DNA of 36,788 nucleotides. It comes from Kiritimatiellota bacterium (GTDB taxonomy: Bacteria; Verrucomicrobiota; Lentisphaeria; Victivallales; JAADHT01). A program made the translations under genes and the position numbers. The notes below the pieces were generated by a model. That model worked only from the letters and a program-made list of their open reading frames with translations. It was not told the origin of the DNA and searched no databases. This document shows, one piece after another, positions 20,095 through 28,700 of the stretch (positions within the stretch are counted from its first letter, which is position 1; each line of letters opens with the position of its first letter). The DNA is taken from the NCBI GenBank assembly GCA_030590505.1, contig JAUUYH010000002.1, positions 1 through 36,788 on the forward strand. Direction: 5' to 3'.

Positions 20095-20553
20095 TTATTT
20101 CAATTCGTTCTTCTTCAATTCATTCAACAGACTCTCCAATGCAGGCTTCATTGTCCTAAAACAGAAACTATACACATCCATGTCTCCTCCGAATGGATCA
20201 GCAACATCTTCACCGCGAGCTGAATACTCTCCCAGAATTTTTGTCTTCTCTAAGGCAGATGAATCAAGTTGACCAACATATATTTTGTGCGAGCCCGTCA
20301 TTGCAATAATCAGATCAACCTCTTCTATTAATTCACGCGTAAGTCGCGTACTTCGCTGATCTGAAATATCAATCCCGTACTCCTGAAGTGCTCTTACGGA
20401 ATGCGAACTCGGCACATCCCCTTCTGCGGCATAAGTACCTGCAGATGAAACCTGAACACCAAAAAAACCTCCATCCTCAATAAGAGAACGAAAATAACCC
20501 TCTGCCATAGGACTTCTGCAAGTATTGCCGGTACAAATAAAAAGAATATGCAT
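20095..20553 (-). CDS. Low-molecular-weight protein phosphatase, YwlE-like (likely pArg phosphatase)
   Basis: ILFICTGNTCRSPMAE P-loop, SAG, DPFGG. Start placed at ATG 20553 (MHILFIC). Confidence 0.88.
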   Translation of the reverse strand: MHILFICTGNTCRSPMAEGYFRSLIEDGGFFGVQVSSAGTYAAEGDVPSSHSVRALQEYGIDISDQRSTRLTRELIEEVDLIIAMTGSHKIYVGQLDSSALEKTKILGEYSARGEDVADPFGGDMDVYSFCFRTMKPALESLLNELKKNELK

Positions 20554-20792
20554 AATTATTTTTCTCCTGAACTTAAGTATTATACACCAACGTAAATAAT
20601 CCGCAAACGATATATACCGAACATTACACAAAAACTCAGAAAACAACCCCATTCTTGCAAAAAAAAGATTCTCAACAAAAGGCGAACGGCGCATTTAGTG
20701 CCTGAACGAATGATACACTTATCTTGCCATAGCTGTTTCCGCAGTCATTGCATCATCCCACAAATAGATAAATCTTTTTATTGAAGTGTTCT

Positions 20793-20840
20793 ATCCCGCC
20801 AAGGTGGGTTTTATTCCCCGTCCCTTGGGGCGTACCATAT
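20793..20840. repeat. 48-bp double-hairpin repeat (REP/IS200-605-end-like), copy 1
   Basis: atcccgccaaggtgggttttattccccgtcccttggggcgtaccatat; 45/48 identical to the reverse complement of 34759-34806. Confidence 0.8.
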
Positions 20841-20891
20841 AAAAATATATTTTGCCAAGCTTTTATTGAAAGCGTATATACCTCGTATAGT

Positions 20892-20979
20892 TATACTTTG
20901 CACGGATGAAATCTTAACATTTTCCTTAAACTTAATTAGCTAGCAAAAGAAAGACAAGATCTCTACCGCTTGCGGTATA
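20892..20979 (-). mobile_element. 88-bp TATAC...GTATA miniature repeat, copy 2
   Basis: Reverse complement matches 13298-13385 with 6 mismatches. Confidence 0.75.
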
Positions 20980-21030
20980 TCTGCTTTGCAAATCTGTCGC
21001 AATGCTCGAGTAGACATCTAGGTAGTTTAT

Positions 21031-23463
21031 TTACTTTTTCAGTTGAATAGCAATTTTTTGTGCTTCTGGCGTTTTAGTCAGCTCAGGGAATCTTGTCTGA
21101 AATTCGCGCCAAGTTGTTTGAGCTGCTTTTTTATCTTTCATTTTTAGTGAGATCTGAACACTCAGTAGCATCGCTTCAGAGCATATTTTTTTATCCTGCG
21201 AGAGGATAAACACAGACATTGCGTATCGATTTGCAGTTTTAAGCCTATCATCCTGTTTTGCCAAAATTTTGGCCAACCCCAGTCTTGCGGCAGCTGCATA
21301 TTTTTTATTATATGGATTGTCCAGAGATTGCTCAAAAACAAGTACAGCCTCCTGATCTTTTCCACGCTCAACAAGAAGATTCCCAAGTAGCAGAATCGCT
21401 TCAGTTGTGGTTTTTAGATCACCTTGCAGTTTTACGGATTTTCTTAACAATTCAATACCTTTTACTGCGTCACCCTTCTGCATTGCAATTGCTGAAAGCC
21501 CGATATAGCCTAATTGCTGAGCCTGTCTCTGCTGTCGGCGGAGCAGTTCATTAAAACACAACTGTGCAGCAGAAGGATTTTTTTTAATCAGTGCTGTACC
21601 CAGTTCATTGACAAACGAGGTTACCGCATGGGCAAGTAGTCGTCCCTGATTTTTTGTTGAGTTAAAAATAAGGATTGATGCATCAATTTCCTTAAGTCTC
21701 AAGAGAGTCCACAGAAGATATATTTTGACATCCTGATGAAGATCTGGAGTAAGTTGTTTGCGATTTCTAAGTTTTGCAAGTATCTGCTTTGCTGTTTTAT
21801 AATCCTTTTTGTAAAATGCTAGGTAACCCTGATAAAAAGTTGCAAGCATTGCTACAGGTTTTTCTGGGAATCGCTTGATAACTTCTGAAAAATAGACCAT
21901 TGAAGTATTCCACTGCTTTTTGTCAGCGAGGAACATTACCCCAATTCTCAGCATAGCCTCAGAATAAAGTTCACTTTGGGGGAACGTCTTGATCAGTAAT
22001 TTGTATTTAGCCGCTGCATCTTCTATTTTTCGCATTTTTTCAAGTGCCTGGGCCTCCCCCATTAGTGCATAAGGAAGAAACTCCTTCAAATCCTCTTCTG
22101 CAATGCTACGATATAGATTTAATGCTTCATCTGCCTTTCCAGCTTTTATGAGAAGAGCTGCGAGCTTCAGATTTAGAAGAGTTACATTTTTTGAATTTGC
22201 TGGTATGGTTTTAATTGCTTTTCTAAGTAGTTTTTCTCCTTCATCTGCACCGCAGTAATCAGTAATCAAAACTACCATATCCCTTACACCATCCCGAGAA
22301 AATGATGGCTTTTCTATATATTGATTCATAAGATTAAGAGCTGATCTTAACTCCCCTTGCTGTAACTGAATTTCAACATACTTATACGCTGCAAACTGGA
22401 GCATCGCGCTCTCTTTGCTTTTCGACATTACAGATTTGAGGGATTCAATGGCCTTTTTTTTAAAATTTAGATTACTTAATGATGAGGCTTTCATTAAATA
22501 GAAACGCTCCCAGCCTGAATCTGCAATCTGTCTATTTTTTATCAGACGGTCGATTTCAGAAATGACTTTTGCATAATCCTTCAGCATATAAATTGCCTGC
22601 AATCGCTTGTAAATTGCATCTTTAGCAACCGGACTTTTTGAAAATAGAATTGCTAACTTCGCAAAAACATCGGCAGCTTTCTGATATTGTGCAGCATCAA
22701 AGTATAGCTCCCCAGTTAACCAGTGCAGCCTTAGTGAGAGCTCCTGTGAAAGATTACTATTATTAATAATGCCTGAGAGCAACCTCAGTGCCTCTGCCCC
22801 CTCTTTCCTTTGTTTATGAATTTTCACTAATTCAATTAATGAAGTGACACGAAAATCATCTTGAGGAGATTTTTCAATCTTTTTGGAGGCTACTATATTG
22901 AATTCAGAAAATGCCTCCGCATCTCTCTTTTCGGCAAGATAAAGTTTGCCGAGATGAAAGCCTGCAGCATCTTGGATTACAACAGGATTGGCGCTTTGAG
23001 ATTTTAATTTATTCAGAAGATCAAGAGCTTTTGTCTTATTTCCCTCGATTCCCGTTTTGTAAAGGACCAACGCATATTTCAGATGTGCGGCAGGGAGGAT
23101 CCTACTCTTTGAGAATTTTGTGAAAAATGTGTTGAATGCAGCAAACGCCTTTTTAAAATCCTTTTTTGCTGCATAAGCCTCTGCCAGTTGAACCCAGGCT
23201 TCAGCCACCAAAGGATCGTTTGCAAATTTTTCAGTTAAACGAAGATATTCCGCAATCGCAAGATCATGGTGTCCACGTGAAACAAGTCCATCTGCAAATC
23301 TAATCTGATCATCAATGTAGATAATCTTCTGATCATCCGTTATCGTTTTTGCAGAAACTGGAAATGTGAGTAAAAACAGAGTAAACCCCAAGAGGAGGAG
23401 CAGAGTTGTTCGTGATACCATTCTATATGGGTCTTGAACTGCATTTATAGTGTGGTTTATCAT
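21031..23463 (-). CDS. Secreted multi-TPR protein (BamD/CpoB-like repeats)
   Basis: Signal peptide ...LLTFPVSA and many TPR-like units (AIAEY...FANDPLVAEA, LIKTFPQSELYSEA, VIKRFPEKP). Confidence 0.85.
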   Translation of the reverse strand: MINHTINAVQDPYRMVSRTTLLLLLGFTLFLLTFPVSAKTITDDQKIIYIDDQIRFADGLVSRGHHDLAIAEYLRLTEKFANDPLVAEAWVQLAEAYAAKKDFKKAFAAFNTFFTKFSKSRILPAAHLKYALVLYKTGIEGNKTKALDLLNKLKSQSANPVVIQDAAGFHLGKLYLAEKRDAEAFSEFNIVASKKIEKSPQDDFRVTSLIELVKIHKQRKEGAEALRLLSGIINNSNLSQELSLRLHWLTGELYFDAAQYQKAADVFAKLAILFSKSPVAKDAIYKRLQAIYMLKDYAKVISEIDRLIKNRQIADSGWERFYLMKASSLSNLNFKKKAIESLKSVMSKSKESAMLQFAAYKYVEIQLQQGELRSALNLMNQYIEKPSFSRDGVRDMVVLITDYCGADEGEKLLRKAIKTIPANSKNVTLLNLKLAALLIKAGKADEALNLYRSIAEEDLKEFLPYALMGEAQALEKMRKIEDAAAKYKLLIKTFPQSELYSEAMLRIGVMFLADKKQWNTSMVYFSEVIKRFPEKPVAMLATFYQGYLAFYKKDYKTAKQILAKLRNRKQLTPDLHQDVKIYLLWTLLRLKEIDASILIFNSTKNQGRLLAHAVTSFVNELGTALIKKNPSAAQLCFNELLRRQQRQAQQLGYIGLSAIAMQKGDAVKGIELLRKSVKLQGDLKTTTEAILLLGNLLVERGKDQEAVLVFEQSLDNPYNKKYAAAARLGLAKILAKQDDRLKTANRYAMSVFILSQDKKICSEAMLLSVQISLKMKDKKAAQTTWREFQTRFPELTKTPEAQKIAIQLKK

Positions 23464-23542
23464 AATTATCCTTCTTTAAGCTATTACAGATTAGTACTCA
23501 TATATGAAATCAATAGTAAAATACTCATAAAGTTGAGTCCTA

Positions 23543-23974
23543 CTATTCAGATCCAACTTTAGAATCCTCTTTTATCGTGGCAAATGAGATGTTGGAGATA
23601 TCTACTTTTGCACATATATCAATGATCTGAATAAGATATTTGCAGTCAGTCTCCCTGTCAGGCCTTATAACTACAGGCTGGCCCGAGTAGGTGTCTGCAA
23701 GTTTTTTTAACAGTATTTCAAGCCTAACTGGTGTATATTCTACAGAATTAAGAAAAAATTTACCTTTTTTATCTATATTGATAATCGCCTCCCCATCATA
23801 GCGTGCCCTGTCGAGCCCAGTATCCGCTGTCGGCACTTTTATCTCCAATTTAGATTCCCACTGGGAATATACTGCCGCTGCAATAAAGAAGATGAGGAGC
23901 AGAAAAATAATATCGACCATAGGCGCCATCTGGAAGCCTACGCTTTGTTCATTTATATCTTTTCTGAAATTCAT
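23543..23974 (-). CDS. exbD: ExbD/TolR family biopolymer transport protein
   Basis: MAPMVDIIFLLLIFF with the conserved Asp; VVIRPD. Confidence 0.92.
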   Translation of the reverse strand: MNFRKDINEQSVGFQMAPMVDIIFLLLIFFIAAAVYSQWESKLEIKVPTADTGLDRARYDGEAIINIDKKGKFFLNSVEYTPVRLEILLKKLADTYSGQPVVIRPDRETDCKYLIQIIDICAKVDISNISFATIKEDSKVGSE

Positions 23975-24021
23975 TGTATCGATTCTCCTGAATATTTAGT
24001 TTTTATGAAGTTGCTGTATCG

Positions 24022-24756
24022 CTAAAACGGCGAATTGGTATCATCATCAACAAGCATCATCTCTACTGCTATTTTATTGCAGCTGTTCTCCAGTTCAGTT
24101 AAAATTTTGTTTATTCTGGCTCTGAATACCGAATAGAGAATCATTGCTAAAATACCGACGATCAGCCCTGCGGCTGTTGTAAGAAGTGCCATTGATACAC
24201 CGCTAGCAATAACTGTCGGACGCGGAGTTGCAGATTCCGCACTCAACCCCATAAAAGATTTGATCATCCCTAGTACAGTCCCAAGGAGTCCAACCATAGG
24301 AGCGATTACCGCGATATCCTGAAGTGCCTGAATTCTGTGCCAGAGTAAACCTGCCTGCCTTACACCTTCATCTTCCACTGCATCCTTGATCATCTGATAA
24401 TTATTTTTTGACCTCAGGAATATATTTGCCCCTGCTGCAATAATTTTTGAGGCTGGACTGTTATTCTTTTCACATACCCGTGCAAGTACTTCAAAATCCT
24501 TTTGATTGATTGCATTTTCAGCCTGAACAATAAATTCCTTCGGCACAATAACCGAATTACGTAGGGTGAGCAGGTAATAAAAAACTAGACATGATGCAAG
24601 AAAAGAGAGCAAAAGAAGTATATACATAATAATTCCGCCTTTCTCAAAGATCAACAATAGATCGACCTTATTATCTCCGCCATCCTGTGCAAGCAAAGGA
24701 GTTGAAGAAAAAACCGTAAAAACAAACATAATTGCCAATGTAGAAAAACGCCGCAT
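24022..24756 (-). CDS. exbB: MotA/TolQ/ExbB proton channel protein
   Basis: GGIIMYIL, APMVGLLGTVLGMI, ALLTTAAGL. Confidence 0.92.
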   Translation of the reverse strand: MRRFSTLAIMFVFTVFSSTPLLAQDGGDNKVDLLLIFEKGGIIMYILLLLSFLASCLVFYYLLTLRNSVIVPKEFIVQAENAINQKDFEVLARVCEKNNSPASKIIAAGANIFLRSKNNYQMIKDAVEDEGVRQAGLLWHRIQALQDIAVIAPMVGLLGTVLGMIKSFMGLSAESATPRPTVIASGVSMALLTTAAGLIVGILAMILYSVFRARINKILTELENSCNKIAVEMMLVDDDTNSPF

Positions 24757-24874
24757 AAATTTCTCCTAATTTATAGTCATCAAAGACTTGCTAAATACAA
24801 CTAAAGATGTACTTTACTAACTTTTACATGCTATACAAACAGCATATTAATAATAATCACAATAGAAGTAAGAT

Positions 24875-25456
24875 ATGTCTAGAATTGAATTGTTCAAACA
24901 TTTTGTTAAAAAACCTGGAGAAATCGGTGCTGTTTGCCCTAGTTCAACCTATCTGGCAAAGACAATAACATCTGAAATAGAGATTGAAAAGGCACTGAAT
25001 GTAGTAGAAATTGGTCCTGGCACGGGTGTTTTCACAGAAAAAATCATTCCTAATCTACATAAAAATGCCAATTTTTTTGTAATAGAACTGAATAAAGAGC
25101 TTCACTTACTTTTTGAAAAAACTTTTCCTGAGATCAAGTCATACAACAACTGTGCTTCTGAACTTGCAAACATAATGAAAGATCAGAAAATTGACTCAAT
25201 TGATGTTGTGATCTCTGGATTACCATGGGCTTCTTTCCCTAAAAAGCTCCAAAACGAAGTACTGCATACAATCTTTGATTCGCTTGCACCTGGTGGAGTA
25301 TTTACCACATTTGCATACCTGCAGGGATTTCTAATGAAAGGAGCTCATAGCTTCAAAGCACTTCTGAAAGAGACATTTGATGAAGTGGAAACGTCAAAAA
25401 CTGTATGGCGCAATTTCCCTCCAGCATTTGTCTATCGATGCAAGAAGAAAAAATAG
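24875..25456 (+). CDS. Class I SAM-dependent methyltransferase, PmtA/OlsG-like lipid N-methyltransferase
   Basis: IGAVCPSS, VVEIGPGTG, VISGLPW, VWRNFPPAFVY are typical of the rhizobial PmtA-type family. Confidence 0.8.
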   Translation: MSRIELFKHFVKKPGEIGAVCPSSTYLAKTITSEIEIEKALNVVEIGPGTGVFTEKIIPNLHKNANFFVIELNKELHLLFEKTFPEIKSYNNCASELANIMKDQKIDSIDVVISGLPWASFPKKLQNEVLHTIFDSLAPGGVFTTFAYLQGFLMKGAHSFKALLKETFDEVETSKTVWRNFPPAFVYRCKKKK

Positions 25457-25495
25457 TCATTGAACACGCCGAGATATGCAAGCCGATACGATAAA

Positions 25496-25698
25496 CAGAG
25501 CTCAGTACTTTTAGCGTAGTGCCTGTCCAATTAAACACCCATTTATTCAACGAATCTAGGCGTTCATTAGACAATTAAAGTGCTTTTTGAATGTAATATA
25601 TTTAGAAGTGTCCAATAGTCGACCTGTTTTTCGAGACATACAAAGTCAATGTAAAGAGAAAAAAAGGAAGTTCAATTGGACAGACGTACTGAGCTCTG
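25496..25698. mobile_element. 203-bp MITE-like element with long terminal inverted repeats
   Basis: Left CAGAGCTCAGTAC-[12 nt]-GCCTGTCCAATTAAAC; reverse complement of the right end is CAGAGCTCAGTAC-GTCTGTCCAATTGAAC. Flanks GATAAA/GATACA are a possible target duplication. Confidence 0.75.
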
Positions 25699-25703
25699 GA
25701 TAC

Positions 25704-25734
25704 AAAAAAAAGCGGATATCTTTCGATACCCGCT
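25704..25734 (-). terminator. Intrinsic terminator of the rpmJ-rplQ operon
   Basis: Minus strand AGCGGGTATC-GAAA-GATATCCGCT followed by a T run, just downstream of rplQ. Confidence 0.85.
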
Positions 25735-25760
25735 CTATATATCTTTAAAAAGAGTCTTGC

Positions 25761-26276
25761 TTATTTTTTAGCCTTCTCTTCTTTTTTTGCTTCAACCTTC
25801 GGCTCTTCTGCGGGAGCTTCAGTCTTCTCTTCTTTAACTTCTACAGTTTCTTCTTTTTTCTTAGCTTCTGGTGTAACTTTCTTTGCAGCAGCCTTCTTCT
25901 TAGATGGCTCAGGGTTATTTTCAGCTTCTACCCACTGAAGAATACACATCTCTGCAGCATCACCAATTCGTGTCCCGATACGGATAATTCTAGTATATCC
26001 TCCGTCACGGTTTGCAAATTTCGGAGCTACTTCACTAAAGAGCAGTGCTACAGCGTCTTTATCTCTCAACTTAGAGATTGCCATTCTGCGGTGATGCAGT
26101 TCACCTTTTTTACCTAAAGTTACCATGCGATCAGCAAACCGACGTGTCTCTTTTGCCTTAACAATTGTAGTCTTAATTTCACCTTCTGTGATCAGACTGC
26201 ATACCTGATTGGCAAGCAGAGCCTTTCTGTGAGCTCCAGATCGGCCTATTTTGAATGTATGTTTTCTATGTCTCAT
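25761..26276 (-). CDS. rplQ: 50S ribosomal protein L17 with Lys/Glu/Ala-rich C-terminal tail
   Basis: MRHRK...GRSGAHRKALL, IKTT..KAKE, RDGGYTRI. Start placed at ATG 26276. Confidence 0.97.
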   Translation of the reverse strand: MRHRKHTFKIGRSGAHRKALLANQVCSLITEGEIKTTIVKAKETRRFADRMVTLGKKGELHHRRMAISKLRDKDAVALLFSEVAPKFANRDGGYTRIIRIGTRIGDAAEMCILQWVEAENNPEPSKKKAAAKKVTPEAKKKEETVEVKEEKTEAPAEEPKVEAKKEEKAKK

Positions 26277-26280
26277 TATT

Positions 26281-27315
26281 CTAGTTCTCCTCTTCCTCTT
26301 TATCTTCAGCACGAAGTTTATCAGCTTCAGCATTTAACGCAATGACAAGTTCTTCTGTCATCTTCATGCCGAGACCAAGTCCCATGCTCTCAAGTTTTTC
26401 GATAATTTCATCAAGAGATTTCTTACCGAAGTTACGATATTTAAGCATTTTATTTTCAGATTTCTGGCAAAGCTCGCCGAGAGTTCTGATATCAGCATTA
26501 TTAAGACAGTTCTGTGCACGAACAGAGAGTTCGACATTTTCAACTGGCTGAATAAGTGTTCTGTATAATTTCTGTTCCTCTTCAGATATAGCAGCAAGCA
26601 TATCATCTTCATCAGATTGCTTTCCTAGGAAAGGACGAAGGTGATCCTGCAGAATTTTAGACGCTCTTTCGAGTGCATCTGGAGGATTCATTCTACCATC
26701 TGTCCAAATCTCCATTACGAGACTGTCCATCTCTGTCTCTTCTCCAACACGTGCTGCACCAACTTCATATCTTACACGAGTTACAGGACTGAAGAGAGAA
26801 TCTATAGGAATAGTTCCAAGTGGATGATCCGCTTTTTTGTTCTTTTCTGACGGAGTATATCCCCTTCCTTTGATTACCTCAATTTCTGCACGGAAACTAA
26901 CTTTTTTATCAAGTGTACAGATAATCTGGTCCGGATTGAGTACTTCCATAGAACCATCAGTTATAATATCAGCCGCTGTTACAGTACCTGCAGCATTTTT
27001 TACTATTTCAAGCTGCATTGATGATGCATCAGTATTGCAATGAAGTCTTACCTGTTTTAGATTAAGGATAATTTCTACTACATCTTCAATAACATGTGGC
27101 ATTGTCGCAAATTCATGAGATACACCATCAATACGTACTGCGGAAATAGCCACACCTTCCAAAGATGAAAGGAGAACTCTCCGTAATGAATTACCTATAG
27201 TATGTCCGAATCCGCTTTGCAGTGGTGCCGCAGTAAACTCACCATAAGTATCAGTTGCAGTTTTTTCATTCAACTCAATTACCTTAGGCATTGGAAATCC
27301 TGAAATAAAAGCCAT
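26281..27315 (-). CDS. rpoA: RNA polymerase alpha subunit
   Basis: PLQSGFGHTIGNSLRRVLLSS, IDSLFSPV, CTD LSVRAQNCL...NFGKKSL. Confidence 0.98.
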   Translation of the reverse strand: MAFISGFPMPKVIELNEKTATDTYGEFTAAPLQSGFGHTIGNSLRRVLLSSLEGVAISAVRIDGVSHEFATMPHVIEDVVEIILNLKQVRLHCNTDASSMQLEIVKNAAGTVTAADIITDGSMEVLNPDQIICTLDKKVSFRAEIEVIKGRGYTPSEKNKKADHPLGTIPIDSLFSPVTRVRYEVGAARVGEETEMDSLVMEIWTDGRMNPPDALERASKILQDHLRPFLGKQSDEDDMLAAISEEEQKLYRTLIQPVENVELSVRAQNCLNNADIRTLGELCQKSENKMLKYRNFGKKSLDEIIEKLESMGLGLGMKMTEELVIALNAEADKLRAEDKEEEEN

Positions 27316-27414
27316 TTGTATTCCTCCATAAAATGGCGCTTCCGATAAAAATTAACCGTAAAGCGCGTAAATTATTTAAATTTAATATTGCAGTAAAAAC
27401 AGTTATTAAAACTG

Positions 27415-27900
27415 CTATACACGTCGCCTTTTTGGAGGCCTGCATCCATTATGAGGAACAGGCGTTATATCCTTCAGGACTGAAATATCCATTCCTGCAG
27501 CGACAATTCCCCTTACAGCTGATTCGCGTCCAGCTCCGGGTCCTTTAATTCTTACTTCAACTTCACGCATCCCGAGCGTCTGTGCTTTTTTTGCAGCGTC
27601 AGTTGCGACCTGCTGTGCAGCATACGCAGTGCTCTTTCTGGATCCTTTAATTCCCATCTTACCAGCACTAGACCAGCACAGGGTATTACCATGAAGATCA
27701 GTAAAAGTTACTTTAGTATTATTAAAAGTGGCATTAATAAATGCGATACCAGCAGGTATTGCACGTCCACTTCTTGCACGTTTAGTGCCCTCTGTTGATG
27801 GTGAAGCCTCAGGTTCCTTAGTTGCTTCAACAGCAGCTTTAGGAGCATCAACAACTGCAGTCTCTGCAGCCACTTCACTCTTTTTTTCATTATCAGCCAT
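27415..27900 (-). CDS. rpsK: 30S ribosomal protein S11 with N-terminal extension
   Basis: [44 protein letters not shown]. Confidence 0.98.
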   Translation of the reverse strand: MADNEKKSEVAAETAVVDAPKAAVEATKEPEASPSTEGTKRARSGRAIPAGIAFINATFNNTKVTFTDLHGNTLCWSSAGKMGIKGSRKSTAYAAQQVATDAAKKAQTLGMREVEVRIKGPGAGRESAVRGIVAAGMDISVLKDITPVPHNGCRPPKRRRV

Positions 27901-27936
27901 AAATAGAATCCTTGCTTATTTTGCAGTCTGCCCGAA

Positions 27937-28332
27937 TCAGGTTCCGGCAAGTTTACGTTGAGTTTTATCACGAATCGCGCCAACAGTCTGTTTGCGGCCC
28001 TTACGAGTTCTAGCATTGGTCTTTGTTCTCTGACCACGAACAGGGAGGCTACGACGATGCCTGAACCCACGATAAGATCCGACGGCCTGAAGCCTACGGA
28101 TATCCTGAGCAATCATACGTCTCAAGTCTCCTTCTACAGCATAATCATTCTGTAGAATAACAGTTATTTTTGAGATGTGTTCGTCTGTGAGATCATCAGC
28201 TTTCAACCCGATCGGAATTCCAGCTTTTTTGATAATATCCATAGCCCGAGTCGGCCCTACACCATAAATATAGCGCAAAGCGTATTCAATTCGCTTTTTG
28301 CCCGGGATGTCAATTCCAAGTATACGTGGCAT
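27937..28332 (-). CDS. rpsM: 30S ribosomal protein S13
   Basis: MPRILGIDIP, YIYGVG, YRGFRHRRSLPVRGQRTKTNARTRKG. Confidence 0.98.
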   Translation of the reverse strand: MPRILGIDIPGKKRIEYALRYIYGVGPTRAMDIIKKAGIPIGLKADDLTDEHISKITVILQNDYAVEGDLRRMIAQDIRRLQAVGSYRGFRHRRSLPVRGQRTKTNARTRKGRKQTVGAIRDKTQRKLAGT

Positions 28333-28352
28333 AATATAAATTCCTTACAGTT

Positions 28353-28469
28353 TTAGCCCTGTCTCTGTTTATGACGAGGATTGCGCGAACATAAGATTCT
28401 AACAATTCCATTACGTTTTACCACCTGGCAATATTCACACCGGCGTTTTACAGAAGCCCTGACTTTCAT
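28353..28469 (-). CDS. rpmJ: 50S ribosomal protein L36 (Zn-binding C+ type)
   Basis: Not in the ORF track. Manual translation: [38 protein letters not shown]. Confidence 0.98.
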   Translation of the reverse strand: MKVRASVKRRCEYCQVVKRNGIVRILCSRNPRHKQRQG

Positions 28470-28639
28470 TTTTAAACCTATTTTTTAATTATATGTTAAC
28501 TACTAAATTTCCAAGCATATATTTAAATAGTACCTGTATTTCACCTTAATGTTAATACAAATTCTACCTAAAATGCAACTTCATGCTCAGTGTCCTTCAC
28601 CTAAACAGGACAATTTTCCCCTATAAAATGGGGACGTGT

Positions 28640-28667
28640 AAACTAGACTCTTCCTGCATATAGTCAA
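28640..28667 (-). promoter_or_regulatory. Candidate sigma70 promoter of the rpmJ-rplQ operon
   Basis: Minus strand TTGACT (28667-28662), 16-nt spacer, TAGTTT (28645-28640), with an AT-rich upstream tract. Confidence 0.5.
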
Positions 28668-28700
28668 GCGAGTAATATAAAAAAAATCACTTTTTTTTTA

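Noticed and set aside
20554-20694. N-terminal extensions given by the ORF track for the phosphatase (similarly rplQ, greA, hypB and the 12932 ORF)
   Set aside because: Family-typical starts lie at downstream ATGs; the extensions overlap promoters or neighbouring genes.
20720-20790. Short open stretch on the minus strand (NTSIKRFIYLWDDAMTAETAMAR*) next to the hairpin repeat, a possible gene remnant
   Set aside because: Too short, with no start and no recognisable motif.
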